Positions 48,401-57,300 of a stretch of DNA of 64,000 nucleotides are shown here, piece by piece. The translations under genes and the position numbers were made by a program. The stretch comes from Auanema rhodensis (lineage: Eukaryota > Animalia > Nematoda). Position 1 is the stretch's first letter, and each line of letters opens with the position of its first letter. Under the pieces are notes generated by a model. The model ran no database searches. It was not told the origin of the DNA and was given only the letters and a program-made list of their open reading frames with translations. Location of the stretch: the NCBI GenBank assembly GCA_964057225.1, contig OZ059895.1, forward strand, positions 12,214,001 to 12,278,000. The letters run 5' to 3'.

Positions 48401-51400
48401 TACTGTAACCCCAATAACTGCCACCAAAACTACAATTCGTAGTTTAACAACTCCTACCCCTAATGCGTACGAGAGAGGTCGAGAGTTGTATGTAGCAGAA
48501 GTATATGACAATGTTCTCCACAAATCAGAGCATAAAACTAAAACGATAATAGATAATAAGTTGAATTATGGGTTTGAGAAAGCGCGTCTCTCCATAATTG
48601 ACGAATTTCATCAACAGTTTCATACCATCTGTAAATCTCAAATGGAAACTGTAAAAAGCTGGCAAGCTATATTACGTATACATCCTACAATAGGAGTAAG
48701 AGCTATGCTTCAGCGGGATGATATCGTTGCCCGATTTGTTGGAAGAAATGTTTTAAAAATAACAACTTGTCAGGAAATAGAACCACATTTTATTTATCGT
48801 AATCATTCTTACAATGATAAATGTTATGCAGAGACCCCTGTTTTAACACACGATAAACAATTATTCTTTGCTCCTATCGATAGCTACGATTTGAGCACTG
48901 AAGGACATGAGATCAATTGTGAACACAAAGAGACAGAAATTTGGTATGAAAATGGAACATGGAGAGATTATAAAGGTGACACACATAAAGTAGATAGTAT
49001 TCATTCAGAAAAACATGATCATTATGCTGAATTGAGTAAACTTCGATTCACAGGGCGGAATTTGTTTGAAAATTCGACTGAAAAATCCTTAGCCCTATCT
49101 ATTGGATTAACTTATGGTTATAGTTTATCTACTTCACCTCACCATGATCTTCTCCGCGTAATTTCTCGTTCACGTGATTGGCCTCAAATTTCCTCTTTCA
49201 TCTTCAAAGGAAGTAAACTTATAAGAGATGCCAGGAAAATTGTTTTCTCCAATTGGGATCTCTTCATTGACTTTTGTATAGGTTCAATTGAACGAACACT
49301 CATTACCATCGGTTGTATAACTCTGATATTATGTCTAATGATAGCATTATATTTCACTATAAAATGTTATCTCTCCCCTACTTCTATGTTAAAAATAAAC
49401 CATATCATGTTGAGCCCAACAGCTCCACCACTTGAGGGAGATGAGATTCATGAAACAGTTAGTGATGAATTGATGCGGAGCTATTTTCCCACCATCATAA
49501 CTTACATTCCTTTAGCCATACCTTTTGTATGTCACACAGCAACGAAGAAAGATGGACACATGTTACCGTTTGTTCATATTGACATTGAAGGTAGAGGACT
49601 GTTAGCATTATGGGATTCTGGAGCTACTGTCTCATATATTCCGTTCTCCACATTGGCATATATTGGAAGACAATATTTTACAAAATATTCTAAATCTGCA
49701 TCCACTGCAAATGGATCAGAGTTTCGCTTTGTAGGAAAATGCAGGTTAGATGTGGGTATAGCAGGTTACCAAGTGGAACACGAATTTTTAATATCTGAAG
49801 ACAATGACTGTCCAGGACAAATGTTACTTGGTACTGATTTTATGCGTACGTTGGAAGAAAGAAAGATATTTACTACATTAAAACTATGTAAAGGAAAGTT
49901 GATTGTTGGTAATATGGAAACACCCTTAGTAAAACCTGGTTGTTTTGCATATAAAACCACGACTAAAACAGTAAATATCATAAGTTTGTCCACAGTAACA
50001 GTTCCACCACACAGTACCTCCCATATATCTTTGCAAACGGGACCAGAATTAGATTTTGATCAATATGCTCTTTTAAAATCTAGCACAGGTCCTATCTCAA
50101 TTCCAGATGCCGCCATAGGACCTTTTCCTATTACTATGGTAGTATCAAACAATTCTTCAAAGCCAATTAAAATTAATAAAAATGACCACATTGGTTCAGG
50201 ACTTATAGCATCTAAAGAAATTATGAACGATTATGTTCCACCTGAAGCTGATTGGGAAGATAAGTTACCAACTTTTCCTCAGCATCTTTTGGATGATTTG
50301 AACTTCAATTCTTGCACTCTGTCCCATAAAATGAAGAAAAATCTGATCACAATCATTAAGGAAAACCAAACGGCATTTTTCAACCATGATCATAATATTG
50401 GTCTCTTTTGCGGACCAGTTGAACATGCCATTCCTATAAGATCTGATATGGATTTTCCAAAAAGTAGATCTTACAGAGTACCATTGGGTAAGCAAGAAGA
50501 AGTAGAACGGCAAGTGAAAGAAATGTTGTCGCAAGGTATAATCGAAAATTCGACGGCTACTTTCACTAGTCCAGTTGTTCTTGTGAAAAAGAAAGATAAT
50601 TCTTTCCGGTTCGTTACTGACTTTAGAGCATTGAATAGTGTTACTAAGAAACAAACATACAGCATCCCACACATTCCTGATATCATAGACTTAGCGGCTG
50701 GAGCTCAGTTCTTTTCGAATTTTGATCTCATTTCTGGTTTCTTCCAAATACCGTTGAAACGCTCAGATAGATACCTAACTGCTTTTACCACTCCATCAGG
50801 TACCTATCAGTATTGCCGAATGCCTATGGGATTGTGTGGAGCGCCACACACTTTTCAATCCGCAGTACGATACTTGCAATCTCTTGTTAGATGCAAACTG
50901 TTTGTATATCTAGATGATTTGCTAATAATTTCGAACTCAGCTGAAGAACATTTAAGAGATATACAAGAAGTGCTGAAAAAGGTCACTGAACTAGGGTTAA
51001 AAATTAAGTTATCTAAATGTTGCTTTGCAGCCACTGAAGTAAAGTTTTTGGGTTTTATAATAGGTAGAAATGGTGTTAAACCAGATCCTGCTAAAATACA
51101 GGCTGTTTCCGAATTTCCAAATCCAAGCACAGTTACGGCTGTCAGATCCTTTCTAGGTATGACTAACTATTTTCGACGGTTTATTCAAAATTATGCCGGA
51201 ATAGCTGAGCCATTGTATAAGTTAACACATAAGGATACTCCTTTTGAGTGGAAATCGGAACATGCAGACGCATTTAAAACTTTAAAAACATTACTGTGTA
51301 CTGCCCCTGTACTGAAACCTCCTAAAGCAGACCAACCTTTTGTTATAGAAAGTGATGGCAGTATGATCGCTGTGGGAGCAGTTTTATTGCAATCAGCAGA

Positions 51401-53093
51401 GAAAAATTCTCCATTACACCCGATTGCGTTCGCTAGTAGAAAGTTGACTCCAGCGGAACGGAAATATCCTCCTATTGAAGTTGAAGCACTCGGTTTAGTC
51501 TTTGCTCTTCAACAATTCCGTACCTATGTATTAGGAGTACCTACCACAGTTATCACAGATCACCGACCATTAACCAGTTTAATGTCGCGTAAAGATCTCA
51601 TAGGTAGATTAGCCAAGTATCAACTAATGATACAAGATTTCAACATAAAGATTGAATATCGTCCTGGCAAATTAAACAGTGTCTGTGATGCTCTCTCCAG
51701 GTATATAGGAAACGAAGCAAATGACAGTCGTCCTACTAAACCAAAGGACAAAGTAAAACCTGTTGATGCTTTTATTGCTCATATTACAACTATTTCTTCT
51801 ATTGACCAACTAAATTGTGAAGAAATACGGAAAGTTCAAGCTGGAGTTCCCTGGATTCGCGAAGCACTTTCTCAAATTAATAATGATAACTGTCCGGCTA
51901 ATATATCAGACCGGTATGAAGAACGAGAAGGCATATTACATGCAAAACAAGCGAAAAATTATTTAAAACCATCTATTATTTTACCTCGAAACGACAAAAT
52001 AACTGATGTTGTCATCAAATTTTTTCTCGAAGATTCCAAAATTGGTGCACACCTAGGTATAAATAAAACTACTGATGCGATTCGACGACGATTCTTTTGG
52101 ACTAACATGGTTCCACAAATAACTGAATTTATTAATCGTTGTACAAAATGTGCAAGTAGGAAATCTAACTCACACCAATCGTATATTCAACCTATGGGAA
52201 GATTTGTTATACCCGAAAAGCCATTTGATCGTATTCATGTAGATATACTAGGTCCTTTACCTCGCACTAATGATGGACATCGATACATCTTGAGTATTCA
52301 AGACGCTTTTAGTAAATGGGGAACAACTTGCCCATTAATAACACAAACGGCTACTGAAATCACAAAAGCGTTTGTAATTAGATTTGTTTTCATATATGGA
52401 CCACCAATGAGTATGATAACCGATAATGGTAGTAGCTTTTTGTCATCTGAATTTCAAGCTATGTGTAAACAATTTGGAATTAAACACACTACTACGCTAC
52501 CATATCATAAAAATGCTAATGGACAAGTTGAGAGACTTCATAGAACTTTAGAAGAAGCTCTCTCTTCATTCGTGAATGAACAACAAACTAACTGGGATAT
52601 ACACCTACCCAAAGTTATGTTTGCGATCAATACGTTACCAAACTCATCAACATCTATTAGTCCATATGTTGTATTATTTGGTCGGGATGCAAGACTTCCT
52701 ATTGACCATCAATTGCCTGGAAATAATCTTCAAACTGAAGAACCAGCCAATCCTACAGAAGATTTTGTCAATAGATCGCTAATACAAAATGAAAGCACAT
52801 CTAATATAGTAAAAGATAGAATTGAAACATGCACAAAGAAGAATGAACAACGGTACAATACACGAAATAGAACACAAAATAAAGAAATTCAGGTTAATGA
52901 CTTAGTTATGATAAAAGTGAATTCTACTCGAAACAAACTAACACCTTCATTCGAAGGGCCTTATTTAGTTACAGCAGTTCAAAGATCTTTCGTCGTGGTT
53001 CAAACAGATAAAGGAAAAAGCAGAAGAGTACACAAGGACTTCGTCAAACCTTACCAACGGACAACATCTATTCCGGTTATCACAATTTCTTGA
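45486..53093 (+). CDS. Gag-Env-Pol polyprotein (Gag, signal peptide, class III-like glycoprotein, TM, aspartic protease, RT, RNase H, integrase)
   Basis: Signal peptide ~46632-46694; furin RRRNKR 47469-47486; TM ~49299-49373; protease WDSGA (DSG 49614-49622). RT has SPVVLVKKKD..DFRALN, DLISGFFQI and YLDD (50907-50918). RNase H has ESDGS..PIAFASRKL..TDHRPL. Integrase has HLG..CTKC, HVD, TDNG, NGQVER and GPY (52956-52964). The order PR-RT-RH-IN and the RT motifs are Ty3/Gypsy. First ATG is at 45660. Confidence 0.96.
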   Translation: MREEGDSSSSSHSSSLTIRTRSKSRKAITEETPRAPTTVRNRSPSRWAAAITKAFERKMTPTSPSPNSNVAPPSRNMATILNCHLCPRYDGSRSFRSFVESLNRFFNVMNLSLPERLLILPLLLESNETALSLYNSIPSGIRTNGPWIVLMDQLTELLAPKTDKNFTIALIHRVQQGDKSVLDFSMELERMASTIMSPMDPEREPMLKTAFLNGLKEELGIAVLTKNPATYEQAKKLARFEEGVRNSFMKRNEDTSTLKELINALQHKLSFSEERERSRNNNNNKNYKNNKNNKKNNNWTQHNNGSNDYERERERPSAVRYNNNNSQNGNMNRRPNPGNRPFANGRNANSSSWNPRPSSPRRQKPSANGNGNSRVYSVATPFMPPVTLCLTLLALSCLPFGLAKYQICAQSEGGILVTPPVVTGCHKAEIEKAHSVEVEIYLPKAEIESWEAWKCYVKKYKSCVRDFMFLRDRNTTFSHIETVDKKDCVRAHRNRMWNDKIMNAQQHSVFETPLNEHNPTRSWSTEECVEIEQFVLKRGIITRLKEDHIVSDLFINTDNCKGNEGFCATGEGAVIWQPPILSVVCHYQKLGPFSAMLGDHILLVHSIESAFVLQNHFTSAHVQSCFEFAVFESSSEAIIRFTAYPRVYNLLDLSNTLLNADRRRNKRNALPQKHRSFSDDYLFVNAKSQPYAFPFLRPTFIFGSASITKFYAKYMRYAATSSYESLLQFAIDNPLFIDTIVSLGLTKDHITNWAKSNNFKDPNLLILQCMGIEEIKLATRQMINSMKLDDLITQVARRIEVPRLKRSLMKSTTSIEDFFRGMAHAVVYQATILDGTQTVPSIEQLARALYPSILPRSGNMNQSEIIATAQGMLFMIQQQSGKEQISRDMQVSRQQKADATVRNNQEQDLAIISKLPDYHNLYTKNSTAYYGFPPQSIEYPQENPKFNKTEVLEFISWVKTQITTDKNMVQHTTVTPITATKTTIRSLTTPTPNAYERGRELYVAEVYDNVLHKSEHKTKTIIDNKLNYGFEKARLSIIDEFHQQFHTICKSQMETVKSWQAILRIHPTIGVRAMLQRDDIVARFVGRNVLKITTCQEIEPHFIYRNHSYNDKCYAETPVLTHDKQLFFAPIDSYDLSTEGHEINCEHKETEIWYENGTWRDYKGDTHKVDSIHSEKHDHYAELSKLRFTGRNLFENSTEKSLALSIGLTYGYSLSTSPHHDLLRVISRSRDWPQISSFIFKGSKLIRDARKIVFSNWDLFIDFCIGSIERTLITIGCITLILCLMIALYFTIKCYLSPTSMLKINHIMLSPTAPPLEGDEIHETVSDELMRSYFPTIITYIPLAIPFVCHTATKKDGHMLPFVHIDIEGRGLLALWDSGATVSYIPFSTLAYIGRQYFTKYSKSASTANGSEFRFVGKCRLDVGIAGYQVEHEFLISEDNDCPGQMLLGTDFMRTLEERKIFTTLKLCKGKLIVGNMETPLVKPGCFAYKTTTKTVNIISLSTVTVPPHSTSHISLQTGPELDFDQYALLKSSTGPISIPDAAIGPFPITMVVSNNSSKPIKINKNDHIGSGLIASKEIMNDYVPPEADWEDKLPTFPQHLLDDLNFNSCTLSHKMKKNLITIIKENQTAFFNHDHNIGLFCGPVEHAIPIRSDMDFPKSRSYRVPLGKQEEVERQVKEMLSQGIIENSTATFTSPVVLVKKKDNSFRFVTDFRALNSVTKKQTYSIPHIPDIIDLAAGAQFFSNFDLISGFFQIPLKRSDRYLTAFTTPSGTYQYCRMPMGLCGAPHTFQSAVRYLQSLVRCKLFVYLDDLLIISNSAEEHLRDIQEVLKKVTELGLKIKLSKCCFAATEVKFLGFIIGRNGVKPDPAKIQAVSEFPNPSTVTAVRSFLGMTNYFRRFIQNYAGIAEPLYKLTHKDTPFEWKSEHADAFKTLKTLLCTAPVLKPPKADQPFVIESDGSMIAVGAVLLQSAEKNSPLHPIAFASRKLTPAERKYPPIEVEALGLVFALQQFRTYVLGVPTTVITDHRPLTSLMSRKDLIGRLAKYQLMIQDFNIKIEYRPGKLNSVCDALSRYIGNEANDSRPTKPKDKVKPVDAFIAHITTISSIDQLNCEEIRKVQAGVPWIREALSQINNDNCPANISDRYEEREGILHAKQAKNYLKPSIILPRNDKITDVVIKFFLEDSKIGAHLGINKTTDAIRRRFFWTNMVPQITEFINRCTKCASRKSNSHQSYIQPMGRFVIPEKPFDRIHVDILGPLPRTNDGHRYILSIQDAFSKWGTTCPLITQTATEITKAFVIRFVFIYGPPMSMITDNGSSFLSSEFQAMCKQFGIKHTTTLPYHKNANGQVERLHRTLEEALSSFVNEQQTNWDIHLPKVMFAINTLPNSSTSISPYVVLFGRDARLPIDHQLPGNNLQTEEPANPTEDFVNRSLIQNESTSNIVKDRIETCTKKNEQRYNTRNRTQNKEIQVNDLVMIKVNSTRNKLTPSFEGPYLVTAVQRSFVVVQTDKGKSRRVHKDFVKPYQRTTSIPVITIS

Positions 53094-53694
53094 AGGTAGT
53101 TTTTTTTTTAACAAAATCAAATTGTTGAAATTTTTTTATTTTATTTTGTGCCATTTCTGATTGTACCACTTCTTTGTTGTTGATTGATTTTCTCTGAGAA
53201 GTCTGCTATTGTTTTACAAAAGTTTGTTTTATTACTCCAACTCTCATTGAGTAGATTTTTTTTTCAACATTCTCTTGTGAATTTTGCTATTTTTTATGCT
53301 TAATCATTACTTGTATTCACCTTATGGACATTAGTCATACGGGTTAAACGAGTTTTCATTTTTTTGTACAGAACGGGCTCGACCTATTCTCAGGGTAACT
53401 CCGTACCTGTACAACTCGAGAAAATGAACGACTATATCACAGTCGAATGGTTTAGAAGCAAAGCTCTCGTTTGCAAGCATTTCACTACTCAAGTGAATGG
53501 AATAGAATCTATTCGATACTACATTTTGAATTCAACAAACTTGAAGAGACAATAGCTAAACTTTCAAATCGTATTGTATACATTATTTTTTATCGACTAC
53601 ACCATGATTTTTTTTGTTATCTTTTTCCAACATCCAACTATCTTAAAAAGTGAATTAATTTATTTTGTTTTTGAACGAGGACGTTCAACTTTTT

Positions 53695-53706
53695 AAGGTG
53701 GGGGGA
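53695..53706 (+). promoter_or_regulatory. Polypurine tract of element 2
   Basis: AAGGTGGGGGGA abutting the 3' LTR. Confidence 0.85.
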
Positions 53707-54087
53707 TGTCACATCTGCAAGCACATGGTAAACATGTGCGCGCTATTCAAATAGCGGGAGCCTGAACAAGCCCCGCCTACAACATGGGACACACATGGCA
53801 CTCTTGCTTCTGGCCTAACCCAGATAGGTTGTCTTATAGTCATGTGAGTCTCATCTCTATATCATCTATATATATACTCTATTTAATACTTTATTAGATC
53901 TCTTCATATTCTTTCTTAATGTAATTCTTATATTGTATTTTCTTGTTATCTGATAATGAATCTTTTTCTCTTTAAGTATTTGTCTTAATAAGGAAATCGG
54001 GGCGTTCGGGTCTGCCTACCTAAGGAACAAGGTAGAAGTACATATATTTTCCGACCATGAAAAGACGGGAAGAAACAATATGTAACG
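53707..54087 (+). repeat. 3' LTR of element 2 (381 bp)
   Basis: Direct repeat of 43941-44321. Confidence 0.95.
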
Positions 54088-54189
54088 AGGGATTTAGATG
54101 TAACGTAGAAAATTACATAACTAACATGAAATTGGAAAAAAAACAATAACGAGGATAAGTATGTAAATCATTGAATATCAGATATTTTC

Positions 54190-54308
54190 GCTTACGACCA
54201 TACCACGTTGAAAGTACGCCATCCCGTCCGATCTGGCAAGTCAAGCAACGTTGGGCCCGGTTAGTACTTGGATCGGAGACGGCTTGGGAATCCCGGGTGC
54301 CGTAAGCT
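54190..54308 (+). rRNA. 5S rRNA (102 bp downstream of element 2)
   Basis: Full 119-nt copy. Confidence 0.95.
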
Positions 54309-57300
54309 TTTCAAATTTTTTTAACGATCATGCCACGTTGAAAGTACGCCATGCAGCTGATTTTCAATTTTATCTCTTCCGTAACAAATGTTTTTAATTT
54401 TCCAGCAGTTTTACTTAGATAGCTCAACCCAAGGCATCAAAATATCTTCAATCTTATTTCTATATTACAGTTATAAACCAGTAGTTTATGAACCTTAATC
54501 TTAACTTTACTGTTTCTACCTATTTCCTATTGAAACAAACAATGTTTTAACACTATACAACTGTGAAACCTTTTTTAATTTATTGTATTTGGAGCTCATA
54601 AGATTCAATATCATCGAGGGATTTAGATGTAGTGTGGAAAATTACATAACTAACATGAAATTGGAAAATAAGCAATAACGAGAATAAATATGTAAATCAT
54701 TGAATGACAGATATTTTCGCTTACGACCATACCACGTTGAAAATACGCCATGCAGCTGATTTTCAATTTTATCTCTTCCGTAACAAATGTTTTCAATTTT
54801 CCAGCAGTTTTACTTAGATAGCTCAACCCAAGGCATCAAAATATCTTCAATCTTATTTTTTTATTACAGTTATAAACCAGTAGTTTATGAACCTTAATCT
54901 TAACTTCACTGTTTCTATCTATTTCCTATTGAATTAAACATTGTTTTAACACTATACAACTGTGAAACCTTTTTTAATTTATTGTATTTGGAGCTCATAA
55001 GATTTGATATCATCGAGGGATTTAGATGTAACGTAGAAAATTACATAACTAACATGAAATTGGAAAAAAAAACAATAACGAGGATAAGTATGTAAAACAT
55101 TGAATATCAGATATTTTCGCTTACGACCATACCACGTTGAAAGTACGCCATCCCGTCCGATCTGGCAAGTCAAGCAACGTTGGGCCCGGTTAGTACTTGG
55201 ATCGGAGACCGCTTGGGAATCCCGGGTGCCGTAAGCTTTTCAAATTTTTTTAACGATCATGCCACGTTGAAAGTACGCCATGCAGCTGATTTTCAATTTT
55301 ATCTCTTTCGTAACAAATGTTTTCAATTTTCCAGCAGTTTTACTTAGATAGCTCAACCCAAGGCATCAAAATATCTTCAATCTTATTTCTATATTACAGT
55401 TATAAACCAGTAGGTTATGAACCTTAATCTTAACTTTACTGTTTCTATCTATTTCCTATTGAAACAAACAATGTTTTAACACTATACAACTGTGAAACCT
55501 TTTTTAATTTATTGTATTTGGAGCTCATAAGATTCAATATCATCGAGGGATTTAGATGTAACGTGGAAAATTACATAACTAACATGAAATTGGAAAATAA
55601 GCAATAACGAGGATAAATATGTAAATCATTGAATAACAGATATTTTCGCTTACGACCATACCACATTGAAAATACGCCATGCACCTGATTTTCAATTTTA
55701 TCTCTTCCGTAACAAATGTTTTCAATTTTCCAGCAGTTTTACTTAGATAGCTCAACCCAAGGCATCAAAATATCTTCAATCTTATTTCTATATTACATTT
55801 ATAAACCAGTAGTTCATGAACCTTCATCTTAACTTTACTGTTTCTATCTATTTCCTATTGAAACAAACATTGTTTTAACACTATACAACTGTGAAACCTT
55901 TTTTAATTTATTGTATTTGGAGCTCATAAGATTTGATATCATCGAGGGATTTAGATGTAACGTAGAAAATTACATAACTAACATGAAATTGGAAAAAAAA
56001 CAATAACGAGGATAAGTATGTAAATCATTGAATATCAGATATTTTCGCTTACGACCATACCACGTTGAAAGTACGCCATCCCGTCCGATCTGGCAAGTCA
56101 AGCAACGTTGGGCCCGGTTAGTACTTGGATCGGAGACGGCTTGGGAATCCCGGGTGCCGTAAGCTTTTCAAATTTTTTTAACGATCATGCCACGTTGAAA
56201 GTACGCCATGCAGCTGATTTTCAATTTTATCTCTTCCGTAACAAATGTTTTTAATTTTCCAGCAGTTTTACTTAGATAGCTCAACCCAAGGCATCAAAAT
56301 ATCTTCAATCTTATTTCTATATTACAGTTATAAACCAGTAGTTTATGAACCTTAATCTTAACTTTACTGTTTCTACCTATTTCCTATTGAAACAAACAAT
56401 GTTTTAACACTATACAACTGTGAAACCTTTTTTAATTTATTGTATTTGGAGCTCATAAGATTCAATATCATCGAGGGATTTAGATGTAGTGTGGAAAATT
56501 ACATAACTAACATGAAATTGGAAAATAAGCAATAACGAGAATAAATATGTAAATCATTGAATGACAGATATTTTCGCTTACGACCATACCACGTTGAAAA
56601 TACGCCATGCAGCTGATTTTCAATTTTATCTCTTCCGTAACAAATGTTTTCAATTTTCCAGCAGTTTTACTTAGATAGCTCAACCCAAGGCATCAAAATA
56701 TCTTCAATCTTATTTTTTTATTACAGTTATAAACCAGTAGTTTATGAACCTTAATCTTAACTTCACTGTTTCTATCTATTTCCTATTGAATTAAACATTG
56801 TTTTAACACTATACAACTGTGAAACCTTTTTTAATTTATTGTATTTGGAGCTCATAAGATTTGATATCATCGAGGGATTTAGATGTAACGTAGAAAATTA
56901 CATAACTAACATGAAATTGGAAAAAAAAACAATAACGAGGATAAGTATGTAAAACATTGAATATCAGATATTTTCGCTTACGACCATACCACGTTGAAAG
57001 TACGCCATCCCGTCCGATCTGGCAAGTCAAGCAACGTTGGGCCCGGTTAGTACTTGGATCGGAGACCGCTTGGGAATCCCGGGTGCCGTAAGCTTTTCAA
57101 ATTTTTTTAACGATCATGCCACGTTGAAAGTACGCCATGCAGCTGATTTTCAATTTTATCTCTTTCGTAACAAATGTTTTCAATTTTCCAGCAGTTTTAC
57201 TTAGATAGCTCAACCCAAGGCATCAAAATATCTTCAATCTTATTTCTATATTACAGTTATAAACCAGTAGGTTATGAACCTTAATCTTAACTTTACTGTT

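Larger units (their letters stand above)
43941..54087 (+). mobile_element. Full-length Ty3/Gypsy-type LTR retroelement 2 with a gag-env-pol single ORF (candidate endogenous enveloped virus)
   Basis: 381-bp LTRs, AGGG TSD (43937-43940 / 54088-54091), PBS, PPT, uninterrupted 2535-codon ORF. Confidence 0.97.

Noticed and set aside
45518-52782. Small ORFs overlapping the polyproteins and transposase on other frames or strands
   Set aside because: Shadow ORFs of long coding sequences with no independent evidence.
53364-53653. ORFs 3' of pol as a conventional env or accessory gene
   Set aside because: Only ~60 aa with non-ATG starts and no signal or ectodomain. A small spliced exon after TTTTTGTACAG is possible but unsupported.
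43941-54087. Bel/Pao (Atlas/Cer7/Tas-like) classification
   Set aside because: RT and RNase H motifs and the GPY/F integrase tail are Ty3/Gypsy-type, there are no triple Gag zinc knuckles, and env is not 3' of integrase.
874-57030. Recurrent 61-136 aa ORFs (MSYLSKTAG..., MTCQIGRDG..., MGPVSTW...) in the repeat units
   Set aside because: They are antisense or overlapping translations of 5S plus spacer, begin at non-ATG codons, and are broken by single SNPs in most units.
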